Of a stretch of 64,000 bases of DNA, positions 48,763-59,800 are shown one piece after another. The notes under the pieces were generated by a model. The model saw nothing but the letters and a program-made list of their open reading frames with translations. It did not search any database and was not told where the DNA came from. Numbering within the stretch: the stretch's first letter is position 1; every line of letters starts with the position of its first letter. A program made the position numbers and the translations under genes. The DNA is from Candidatus Poribacteria bacterium. Its GTDB lineage: Bacteria > Poribacteria > WGA-4E > WGA-3G. The stretch is from the NCBI GenBank assembly GCA_963665235.2, contig CAXXLX010000002.1, forward strand, positions 640,001-704,000, read 5' to 3'.

Positions 48763-50370
48763 ATGAAGACGTTTGGAACCCACGGTCCTGTGAATCCTGA
48801 AGTCAACTACGTTGTCAGTCGCACCGAGGAGGTTGCAAGTTTTATAGACTTGGTGAAAAAGGGCAAGTATATCACACTCTTTGCGCCACGCCAGACAGGT
48901 AAAACTACCTTTTTCCGATACGTCCTAGATACATTCGTCACCGAGGCGCTTGACTACTTTCCTATGCAACTGAATTTTGAGCTGTATGCGGATTATACCG
49001 CCGCCGACTTTTACGCATCCCTTTGTAAAAGGTTGCACGAGGAAATTGAATACGTTTTTCAGAAACGCGGCTGTACACTCTCAGCGGCATTAAGCCGATT
49101 TTTGGAGAACGCGGAGATAACCGACCACGTTTCAATGATGGAGTTCTTTAAACAGCTGATGCGTTTTCTAACGCACGGCGAGAATCAGCAAAAGGTTATT
49201 CTCATCATTGACGAGTTTGATGGCATACCATCGGAGGCTGTGCGCGGTTTTCTTCATACACTACGTTACATCTATCACACGCGGGTTGGGCTTCGATGTC
49301 CGTACAGTGTCGGGCTTGTCGGTGTCAAGAATATCACAAAACTTAACTACGACCGGTCAATCTCTCCGTTCAATATTCAAGCTGAGTTTCACTTATCCAA
49401 TTTTACGTTTGCACAGCTAGTGGAACTGCTTTCGCAGTACACGGATGAAGTCGGGCAGACGTTCACCACAGAGGTGATTACTGCTATTTACAAACAGACC
49501 GGCGGACAACCGTTTCTTGTAAATCGTTGCGCGCAAATTCTCACCGAGGAGATGGACATTCCCAAAAGCGAGCCGATTACGATAACACACTTTTCCGCAG
49601 CACATACGCAGCTGCTTAGCGAACGCAACACGAACATTGAGCATCTGCTTACCAATATTCGCAGAGATAGGCGATTCGAAAACCTTCTCCTACATATTGT
49701 TTCTTATGAAAGAGGCGTGCCTTTTAGTTTAGACAATGACATCATCAATGAACTTGCAAACTATGGGGTCATAGCAGAGGGCCCTGATAGGATGTGTGAG
49801 ATTGTCAACCCGATTTATCAGCACCGTATCTTGGAGACTTTCGAACCGTTGTTTAACGGATTAGAAGGAGAATATTTCGCTGAGGACACCGGAACCGACT
49901 TCATCGACTATCTCACAACAGCTGGAGAGATTGAGATGGGGGCACTCCTTGATAACTTTCAAAAATTCATTGAACGAGTTGGTTTTCGTATCCTGCAGGT
50001 CCCAGATACACCACGGGAGTATGTCGGGCAATATTTGCTTTACGCCTATCTAGACCATTTTGTTCGCGTCATTCAGGCCGATATGTTTCTTGAAGTCCAA
50101 ACGGGACGCGGCAGGATAGACCTCCTTATTATCCATAACCACCGTAAATACATCGTTGAAACAAAAATTTGGGAAGGCGATAGACACCATCGGGCAGGGA
50201 AGAGGCAGCTTGCGGCTTACCTTACATCGGAAGAAGCAACAGAGGGGTACTATGTTGTATTTGACCATCGTAAGAATCCGGAACCACGCAGGGAAACAGA
50301 GACTGTGGACGGTTTAACGATTCAGACCTATCTTATTCCCGTGATACAAGAACACCCCTCATCAGTTTAG
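48763..50370 (+). CDS. AAA-like ATPase with C-terminal PD-(D/E)xK nuclease-like domain
   Basis: APRQTGKTT, IIDEFD, SPFNI, TGGQPFLV, GRIDLLI...IVETK; GGAGG RBS. Confidence 0.85.
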   Translation: MKTFGTHGPVNPEVNYVVSRTEEVASFIDLVKKGKYITLFAPRQTGKTTFFRYVLDTFVTEALDYFPMQLNFELYADYTAADFYASLCKRLHEEIEYVFQKRGCTLSAALSRFLENAEITDHVSMMEFFKQLMRFLTHGENQQKVILIIDEFDGIPSEAVRGFLHTLRYIYHTRVGLRCPYSVGLVGVKNITKLNYDRSISPFNIQAEFHLSNFTFAQLVELLSQYTDEVGQTFTTEVITAIYKQTGGQPFLVNRCAQILTEEMDIPKSEPITITHFSAAHTQLLSERNTNIEHLLTNIRRDRRFENLLLHIVSYERGVPFSLDNDIINELANYGVIAEGPDRMCEIVNPIYQHRILETFEPLFNGLEGEYFAEDTGTDFIDYLTTAGEIEMGALLDNFQKFIERVGFRILQVPDTPREYVGQYLLYAYLDHFVRVIQADMFLEVQTGRGRIDLLIIHNHRKYIVETKIWEGDRHHRAGKRQLAAYLTSEEATEGYYVVFDHRKNPEPRRETETVDGLTIQTYLIPVIQEHPSSV

Positions 50371-50396
50371 ATAGGGCATCCCGAGCGAACGAAATT

Positions 50397-51305
50397 TTAG
50401 ATAACCGCTTTAGTAATCGCCTCTGCAACAACCTCCGCAGCGAGGATGCCAACTGTATTCACGTGAGCCTCGGTATGTGTACCGAGGGCGAGTGTAAAAA
50501 GCGTGTCACCATCGAACATTGTGTGTGCAGGCCGGATAGCGCGTGCAATGCCGTCATGTGCCATCTCTGCAACACGTCTCGCTTCTGCGGGGGAAAGTGC
50601 CGCATTTGTAGCAACAACACCGATAGTCGTATTCGTTCCAGGGACAATGTTTGCGTCTAAAAGGCGTTCCGTAATATCTACAAACCTACCGTTCTCTTTA
50701 CCGCCTGCGATAATCTCACCGGTTGATGGATGCACTACGTTTCCGAGCGCGTTCACAACTGTGAGTGCTGATACAATTAAGCCGGTGGTGAGATATCTAC
50801 ACGCCGAGCCTACGCCACCGGGCGAAGTCTCCACACCGGGGGCTTTGCCGACAGTTGCACCTGTGCCTGCACCAACAGTGCCCATCGCTACCGGTTCAGT
50901 CGTGGCATTAAGGCATGCCTGATATCCCGTTTCTTGCGTAGGGCGTACCTTTGCATCGCCAACGCTAAGGTCGAAAATAACAGCGGCGGGAACAATCGGC
51001 ACCCGTACCGGCCCCGCAGGAAAACCAACGTTCTGTGTTTCAAGGTATTGGACGACACCGCTTGCAGCGTCTAAACCGAACGCGCTTCCGCCTGTGAGAA
51101 GAACACCGTGCACTTTCTGAACTAAACGTCCGGGCGCGAGTGCAGCGAGCTCCCGTGTACCGGGCGCAGCCCCGCGCACGTCCACGCCTGCCGTCGCACC
51201 TGTCGGGCAGAGGATGACGGTACACCCTGTTCGCGCACCCAAATCGGTCGCATGTCCAACCTGAATACCTTCAACGGCTGTAAGGGTCTGATTTGTTGAT
51301 GCCAT
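50397..51305 (-). CDS. peptidase family S58 (DmpA/P1)
   Basis: VDVRGAAPGTRE, GGSAFGL, GAGTGA, NTTIGVVATNA, HTMFDGD. Confidence 0.92.
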   Translation of the reverse strand: MASTNQTLTAVEGIQVGHATDLGARTGCTVILCPTGATAGVDVRGAAPGTRELAALAPGRLVQKVHGVLLTGGSAFGLDAASGVVQYLETQNVGFPAGPVRVPIVPAAVIFDLSVGDAKVRPTQETGYQACLNATTEPVAMGTVGAGTGATVGKAPGVETSPGGVGSACRYLTTGLIVSALTVVNALGNVVHPSTGEIIAGGKENGRFVDITERLLDANIVPGTNTTIGVVATNAALSPAEARRVAEMAHDGIARAIRPAHTMFDGDTLFTLALGTHTEAHVNTVGILAAEVVAEAITKAVI

Positions 51306-51340
51306 AATTTGCTGGTTAGTTTACGTTTTTTTATTTAGAA

Positions 51341-51455
51341 TAGGACTTACGCAAATTTAGGAGGAGTCTTGTAGGGGCGGGGTCTCCCCGCCCGTTATGT
51401 CTGCCCCTATGCTCCCACTATCATAAGAGTTTATCAACGCGCTGCGTAAGTCCTA
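51341..51455. mobile_element. MITE family C copy 2
   Basis: TIR TAGGACTTACGCA/TGCGTAAGTCCTA; TTAGAA duplicated. Confidence 0.85.
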
Positions 51456-51459
51456 TTAG

Positions 51460-51614
51460 AACGTGAGCTTGATAATAAATATCCGTTTGCTCTAAACCTT
51501 TTTCATCGCGAAAAAAGCGGTATAATTGTAGCATAAACTTCCTAGTTTGTGCAGTTTTTTGCTAAAACTACCACAGAACGCTCTAGGTCAAAACTTTTTT
51601 TCAAACTCGCGTTA
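51460..51614. mobile_element. MITE family D copy 2
   Basis: Reverse complement of 34462-34616. Confidence 0.8.
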
Positions 51615-51800
51615 TTAGAAGCAATTGTAAGACAAAATAGAGCCATTTGTCAACAAAACGTTCTTGGCTGTTCGGGGTTATTTAGTTTTCCATAAAAATC
51701 TGGAAAAAATCGTGCGGATTTGATATAATCTCTGCAAGAGATGTTGCGTTTGAATGATTAAAACAACCTATCAACTAAGTATAGCGCGGAGGGAACAGAC

Positions 51801-52991
51801 ATGGCAAAGTTAGCACTAAACGGTGGTGAACCCGTTGTCAAAGACGGTTTAGGAAAAAGTTGGCCGATTTTTGATGAAACGGAGGAGCAAGCCCTTTTAG
51901 CAGTATTGCACAGTGGTGCATGGAACAGACGCGAAAAGGTTGACGAAGTCGGTGAAAAGTTTGCAGCATATCACGATGCGAAATACGGTATTCCGCTTGC
52001 AAACGGCACCGTGGCGTTGCAATGCGCCCTAAAAGCTGCGGGTATCACCGCAGGAGATGAAGTTATCGTTCCGGCACTCACATTTGTGGCAACCGGCACA
52101 TCGGCTGTCTGTGTAAACGCAGTGCCGGTTATCGTTGACATAGACCCACTCACCTATAACATCGCCCCCGATGCAATTGAAGCAGCGGTTACCCCCCGAA
52201 CAAAGGCTATTATTCCCGTGCATAACGGGGGTTATCCGGCGGATATGGACGCGATTATGGATATTGCGGAAAGACATAATCTCAAAGTCATTGAGGATTG
52301 CGCCCATGCACACGGTTCGCAGTGGCGTGGGAAAGGGGTCGGTTCAATTGGACACTTCGGCACGTTCAGTTTTCAGATAGGCAAAACGCTCACGTGTGGC
52401 GAAGGCGGTATGGTTTTAACGAACGATGAGGGGCTAGCAAACAGCGCACGCCAATTCGCACAGTTGAACATGCGGATGACAAACTTCCAAGCGGCACTGC
52501 TATTGTCCCAACTAGAACGACTTGATGAACAGGTACAGACGCGCGAACGGAACATCGCTTATCTTGTAAAGGGGATGGAATCGATAGAAGGGCTCAATCC
52601 AATTCCGCGCGATGCCCGCGTTACACGTTGGTGTTTCTATTATTGGGATTTCCGTTTCGTCTCTGAGGCATTCGGCGGTATTTCACGCGACCGTTTTTTA
52701 CAAGCACTAGGTGCGGAAGGTGTGCCTTGTGGTGTCGGTGCACATGGACAACCTATCTATAACGAAGGCCCTTTTGGCAATCCTGCCCTGTTTGACCAAC
52801 TCGGGTTGCCTCGGGAACACCTCGGAGACCGGGCAATTGATTACAGCACGCTCCACTGTCCAGAAGCGGAACGGGTGTATCGGGAAGAGGTCTGCAGCTT
52901 CGGGCATGCCATGTTCTTAGGCGACACAGACGATATGCAACGCATTTTAGATGCATTCCAAAAAGTCCGGAGGCATGTGGATGAATTGTAG
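51801..52991 (+). CDS. DegT/DnrJ/EryC1/StrS family PLP aminotransferase
   Basis: NGTVAL, GDEVIVP..TF.AT, IEDCAHAHG, SFQIGK...GEGG. Confidence 0.93.
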   Translation: MAKLALNGGEPVVKDGLGKSWPIFDETEEQALLAVLHSGAWNRREKVDEVGEKFAAYHDAKYGIPLANGTVALQCALKAAGITAGDEVIVPALTFVATGTSAVCVNAVPVIVDIDPLTYNIAPDAIEAAVTPRTKAIIPVHNGGYPADMDAIMDIAERHNLKVIEDCAHAHGSQWRGKGVGSIGHFGTFSFQIGKTLTCGEGGMVLTNDEGLANSARQFAQLNMRMTNFQAALLLSQLERLDEQVQTRERNIAYLVKGMESIEGLNPIPRDARVTRWCFYYWDFRFVSEAFGGISRDRFLQALGAEGVPCGVGAHGQPIYNEGPFGNPALFDQLGLPREHLGDRAIDYSTLHCPEAERVYREEVCSFGHAMFLGDTDDMQRILDAFQKVRRHVDEL

Positions 52992-53314
52992 GACGCTGTC
53001 TATATTAACGTGAGTTTAGAAAAAGTTTTCCGCTAGTATTCGGGCTACAAGTTCGCGCATAGTGGGCAATTCATCACCTGTCAGAGCCCCATTCAGTATT
53101 CGGAGTGAAACCCTGCTCCTCTGGGGCGATTCATCGACCGTTTTGTCAAAATCGCGGAGTATCGCGGAATACACGGAAGGCGCGGAGAGGGTTTTGGTAT
53201 ATTTCAGTTTCCATTCACAAATGCGTAGCTGTTAGCAAAAAGCCTCTTCTTTCCGCGTTCTCTGTGTCCTCTGTGCCATCTGCGATTCTGACAAGCGAGA
53301 AACCGCCAAAACCA

Positions 53315-53538
53315 CGTTGCAAACCGCAACATACGTTGCATTTTGCATCATGTCCCGATAAATCCTACCCCTCAAAAATTTCAAACCAACCCCGCATCAA
53401 ATCAGATAGGCGAGAAATCCCCTAGAATTCTGTTGTATTTTGCGACATACATCATATTTTGCAACGAACTCCGATAAACCTTGTCGTATCAAGGTGCCAA
53501 AGCCAAATTTTCCGCAAATCCTGTTGCATTTTGCAACA
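53315..53538 (+). promoter_or_regulatory. array of five 17-bp inverted-repeat sites (TGTTGCA-N3-TGCAACA), candidate enhancer
   Basis: Sites at 53315, 53334, 53431, 53450 and 53522 (the last is perfect). Confidence 0.7.
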
Positions 53539-53662
53539 ATTCCATAAAGACATCCATAACACTTATCCGCCCACCAAAAAAATTTTTCACCCCCGATAAA
53601 CCCTTACCACACAAGGCTCCACACGACATCCCAATAATACCAAAAAGACCAATTTTAGCTAT

Positions 53663-53678
53663 TGGCACGGCAATTGCA
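53663..53678 (+). promoter_or_regulatory. sigma54 -24/-12 promoter
   Basis: TGGCAC-GGCAA-TTGCA, GG-N10-GC. Confidence 0.8.
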
Positions 53679-53846
53679 CAATAGGGAAACAGATAAAGAA
53701 TTTTTCGCGGTCTCGAAATTGGTAAAATCACTTTTTTTCCCTATCAACCAAATTGAGACACTTCGGGGACGCATTCAAGCGGGAAGAGCGGTCTACCTGC
53801 TGACAACTGACACAAAATTTTTACGGAACGGAACAAGGAGGAGCTT

Positions 53847-56800
53847 ATGAAAATGTTATCACAAATTATTTCACGAAAAAATTTCAGTAACACCTTAACC
53901 CGAAACTTATTCACAGGAGCACTGATGCTCCTATTGTTAACCGCAGGCATGGTGCTAATAACACCACAAGACGCACATGCACAAAGCGTAACGGTGAATT
54001 TCTCGGAACCCACAGGCACACAGACAACCAAAACATTCAAGGTGGGAGTCACGTTAAATCTCGTTGCCTCTGCCGGTCCCGGTGGTAATGGTACTTTTAC
54101 CACGGGAGATGTTTCAGTGACAACAACCCGCACACAAGGTTCGGGAGATGCCACAGTGGTGGCAGTGACCGGGAGCGGAAAAATTTACGACGTTGAGATT
54201 AAACCGCCGGGTAACGCAAAAGGAAGTATCACCTTTACCGTAAAACAGAATTCAATTTCTGCAACCCATACATCGTTAGGATGGGTGCATGGGCCTTCCT
54301 CGGCGAAAACCACTAATAGTATTAGTTTTGATACGACAAATCTGTTGACGGTGGATTTCACAGAACCCACAGGTGTACAGACAAGCAGTACGTTCACTGT
54401 GCCAATCGCTTTCAGTCACACTGTCACCGGCTTTACCGCGTCTGACATCACAGTGGCAACAACCCGCACATCCGGTTCAGGAGATGCCACAGTGTCATTG
54501 AGCGGCTCGGGCAGTAGCTACACCGCCACGGTTACACCACCGACGAACGCGATAGGGGGTGTAACCCTTACCGTAAAAAAGGATTCCGTAACCTTTAATA
54601 CAAACCTCAACGGGCCTTCCACGGCGGAAACCTCTAAGAGTATCGGTTTTGATACGATGCCGCCGCCGACGGTGAGCTTCACAGAACCCGCAGGCACACA
54701 AGCAGGAACTACGTTTACCGTGCCGATTACCATCTCCAAGAGCGTCACGGGTTTCGCAGCGAGCGACATCACGGTGACGACAACGCGCACGAGTGGCACG
54801 GGCAATGCCACGGTGGCGTTGAGCGGGTCAGGCACTTCCTACACCGCAACTGTTACATCACCCACGGCAGCAAAAGGCACTATCACATTGGAGGTTGCTA
54901 AAGATGCGGTCACGGATGGCAGCAACCGCACTGGTCCCACAAGCGCAGCTACATCCTCTGCCATTTCCTTTGATACAACTGTGCCAACGGTAAGTTTCTC
55001 GCTACCCACAACCACACAGACAGGTGCCACATTTGGAGGTTCGATTACCTTCTCTAAGAGTGTTACAGGGTTTGATCAAAATGACCTAACGATCACTACC
55101 ACACACACAAGCGGCACAGGCGATGCAACGTTCACGCTCAGCGGCTCCGGTAAAACTTATACTGTCACGGTCACCCTGCCGTCTGCTGCGAAAGGCACCG
55201 TTACACTGGAAGTTGCAAAAGATGCTGTCACCGATGGTACGCGTACCGGTCCTTCAAGTAAAGCTACATCTTCTGCGGTTAATTTTGATACTACAGCACC
55301 GACAGTTGCCTTTACCGAACCCGCAGACACACAAGCGGGAACCACCTTTGACGTGCCGATTACCTTCTCTAAAAGCGTTACAGGGTTTTCTACGGCCGAC
55401 ATTACGATAACAACAACACGCACAAGTGGCACAGGAAATGCTACGTTCACGCTCAGCGGCTCCGGCGAAGACTATACCGCCACGGTGACATCACCGACCG
55501 CAGCCAAAGGCACTATCACACTGGAGATACGGAAAAATGCAGCAATTGGTGCCGGCAAACGCAGCGGTCCTGTAAACAAAGTTACATCCGATGCCATTTC
55601 CTTTGATACCACCGTGCCAACGGTGACTTACACCGAACCCGCAGGCACACAGGCAGCAGCCACGTTTGACGTGCCGATTACCATCTCTAAGAGCGTTACA
55701 GGGTTCGCCGCAAGTGACATTACGGTGACAACAACGCGCACGAGTGGTACCGGTGACGCAACGGTGGCGTTGAGCGGTTCAGGTACTTCCTATACCGCCA
55801 CGGTGACCTCACCGACAGCAGCCAAAGGCACCATCACATTGGAGGTCGCAGCAGATTCTGTCACGGATGGCACGCGCACGGGTCCTGCCAGCAAAGCCAC
55901 CTCTTCTGCGATTAATTTTGATACCACAGTGCCAACAGTCAGTTTCACAGAACCGGCAGGCACACAGATAGCAGATACATTTGACGTTCCGATTACCATT
56001 TCTAAGAGCGTCACAGGGTTTGCTGCAAGTGACATTACAGTGACGAGTAGCACAGGCACTGCTTCGGTATCGTTAAGCGGATCGGGTACGTCTTACACCG
56101 CCACGGTTACCTCACCCACGGCAGCGAAAGGCACGGTTACATTGGAAGTTGCGGCAGATTCGGTCACGGATGGCACGCGCACCGGTCCTGCCAGCAAAGC
56201 GACATCTTCTGCCATCAATTTTGATACGACGGTGGCAACGGTGAGTTTCACAGAACCGGCAGGCACACAGATAGCAGATACATTTGACGTTCCGATTACC
56301 ATTTCTAAGAGCGTCACAGGGCTTGCTGCAAGTGACATCACGATCACAACAACGCGCACAAGTGGTACAGGTGATGCCACGGTATCGTTGAGCGGTTCAG
56401 GTTCATCCTACACCGCCACGGTGACATCGCCAACCGCAGCAAAAGGTACCATCACCTTGGAAGTTGCAAAAAATGCGGTTACGGATGGAACACGTACAGG
56501 TCCGGCAAGTAAAGCAACATCGTCTGCGATTAGTTTTGATACGAGCACCATAACAGTAGATTTCACAGAACCGACAGGCACACAGATAGCACCACTGGGA
56601 ACTTTTAGAGTGCCGATCACCTTCTCAAAAAATGTTACGGCCTCAGACCCAAAAAGTGATACGGGGAGTTTTAAGACTACGAATTTCTCTGTGACGACGA
56701 CATTGACGAGTGGCACAGGGAGTGCTTCGGTGCAAAGCGTAATCGGTAATCCAGGAGGTACTGGTTATGACATAGATATCTCCTTGCCGTCTGCTGCGAA

Positions 56801-59800
56801 AGGCACAGTCACACTTACGGTCAACGCAAATGTGGCAACGGATGGCACACGCAAAGGCCCGGCAAGCGACACAACATCTGATGCGATGAGTTTTGATACA
56901 ACCGTGCCAACGGCAGATTTCACAGAACCGGCAGGCACACAGTACGGAAACACCTTTAATGTGCCAATTACCTTCTCTAAGGTCGTTTCAGGATTTGCGG
57001 CAAGTGATATCACGGTGACCACCACGCGCACGAGTGGCACAGGCGATGCCACGGTAGCGTTGAGCGGTTCAGATTCTTCCTATACTGCCGCGGTGACCTT
57101 ACCGACGACTGCAAAAGGCACGGTCACACTTACGATAGCCAAAAATTCGGTCACGGATGGAAAAATCCAAAAAGATTATGGAGTACGCAAAGGTCCGGCA
57201 AGCGACACAACATCTGATGCCATTTCCTTTGATACAACCGTGCCAACGGTGACTTACACCGAACCCGCAGGCACACAGTACGCAAATACCTTTACCGTGC
57301 CGATTACATTCTCTAAGAGCGTCACAGGGTTTACGACAGTGCCGAACCTCACTGGTAATGCTGACCTTACGGTGAAGACGACGCGCACGAGTGGTACCGG
57401 CAATGCGACAGTTTCGTTGAGCGGTTCAGGTGCCTCCTATACCGCCACGATTACTTCACCTACGGCAGCAAAAGGTACCATTACGTTGGAAATTGCCGCA
57501 GATTCGGTAACAGATGGCACCCGCACGGGACCTGCCAGCAAAGCCACCTCTTCTGCGATTAGTTTTGATACAACAGTAACAACAGTGAGTTTCAATGAAC
57601 CCGCAGGCACGCAGTACGGAAACACGTTTGATGTGCCGATTACATTCTCTAAGAGCGTCACAGGTTTTACCGCAAGTGACCTCACGTTGACAAGTAGCAC
57701 AGGCACTGCCTCAGTTTCGTTGAGTGGATCGGGCACGTCTTACACAGCCACGGTTACCTCGCCCACAGCAGCGAAAGGCACTATTACCTTAGAAGTTGCG
57801 AAAGATGCGGTTACGGATGGGACACGCACTGGACCTGCCAGCAAAGCGACATCTTCAGCGATTAGTTTTGATACGACGGTAGCAACAGTGAGTTTCACAG
57901 AACCGGCGGGCACCCAGGTATCAGATACGTTTGACGTGCCGATTACCTTCTCCAAGAGCGTCACGGGATTTGCAGCCAGCGACATCACAGTGACAAGTAG
58001 CACAGGCACTGCTTCAGTGTCGTTGAGTGGCTCGGGTACGTCTTACACAGCCACGGTGACTTCACCCACAGCAGCCAAAGGGACCATCACCTTGGAGGTT
58101 GCTGCAGATTCTGTCACGGATGGCACGCGCACCGGTCCGGCAAGCAAAGCGACATCTTCAGCGATTAGTTTTGATACGACAGTGGCAACGGTGAGTTTCA
58201 ATGAACCGAACGGTGTCCAAACATCGAATAACTTTGACGTTGGGATTGATTTTTCTAAGAGCGTCACAGGGTTTACCGCGAGTGATATTACGTTGGTCAC
58301 GACTCTCACGAGTGGTTCCGGCACGCCATCGGTTAGCCTCAGCGGCTCGGGTAGTGCCTACACCGCCACGATTACATCTCTGACAACAGCGAAGGGCACC
58401 ATCGTGCTGGAGGTTGCAAAAGATGCGGTTACGGATGGCACGCGCACGGCTCCTGCCAGCAAAGCGGTCTCTGCCGCCATCGCTTTTGATACGACGGTAC
58501 CTACCGTCACTTTCTCTGAACCGAAAGGGACGCAAACGGCGGATACGTTTACCGTAGGGATTAATTTCTCTAAGAGCGTCACAGGATTTGAAGCAGGTGA
58601 TCTCACATTAACGACAACGAAGACTGGGACACCACCTACAGTGGACGCTACCCGTGAATCAGGTGATCTCACATTAACGACACCCCCCCCACAAGGTTTC
58701 GGTGATGCCTCGTTCACACTGAGCGGGTCAGGTTCATCTTATACCGCCACGGTGACATCACCGACAGAAGCGAAGGGTACGGTGAAATTCGAGATTGCCA
58801 AAGATGCTGCGACCGATGGCACGAAACAGGTGCCGAAAAACAGGCAGACATCCAAGAATATCGCCTTTGACACCACAACGCCACAGGTCACTTACGACGA
58901 ACCACAAGGTGTCCAGATCGCTGATACGTTTGATGTGGGGATTCTTTTCTCTAAAAGCGTCACCGGGTTTGAAGCAGGTGACATTAGGTTGACCACGACA
59001 CACAAGGTTGGCACAAGCGGCACAGGTAACGCCTCGTTGACGTTGAAGGGGTCAGGTGAGTCTTGGATCGCCAGAATTACACCGCCGAAGGCATCCAAAG
59101 GCACGGTGAGATTAACTATTGGCGCATACACAGTCACCGATGGCACACGCACCGGGCCTAACAGCGAATTGATCGGTTCTGCTATCGCGTTTGATACCAC
59201 AGTTGCAACGGTGAGTTTCAGTGAACCAACAGGTGTCCAGACAGTAGGTGTCTTTGATGTCCCGATTACCTTCTCCAAGAGCGTCACAGGGTTTAATACG
59301 GTTCAGGACTCCCTTAATAACCGCACTGGTGTCGTTGCTGACCTCACGGTGACAATCGTGAGTGAAAATGGAAGTGGAGGTGCCACGGTAAAATTAAGGG
59401 GTTCGGGGTCCGCTTATGTCGCGGCGATTATCCCGCCCACGGCAGCGAAAGGGACTATAACACTACAAGTTGTGAGAGGTGCAGCCACAGATGGCACACG
59501 CCCCGCTCCTGCCAGCAAAACTACATCTAAGGCTATCGCTTTTGATACCACAGTTGCCACGGTGAGTTTCAATGAACCCACAGGCACACAGTACGGAAGC
59601 ACCTTTAACGTTGGGATTACCTTCTCTAAGGGTGTTACAGGGTTTGAAGCAAGTGACATTACTGTGAAAAGTAGCAGTGGGACTGCCTCTTTGACGTTGA
59701 GCGGCTCCGGCACGGACTACACTGCCAGGGTTACCTCACCGACAAATGCCAAAGGCACCCTCACGCTTCAAATCGCCGCAAATTCGGTTACGGATGTTAC

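Noticed and set aside
53105-53850. ORFs upstream of the giant gene
   Set aside because: No recognisable protein features; the region is better explained as repeats and regulatory DNA
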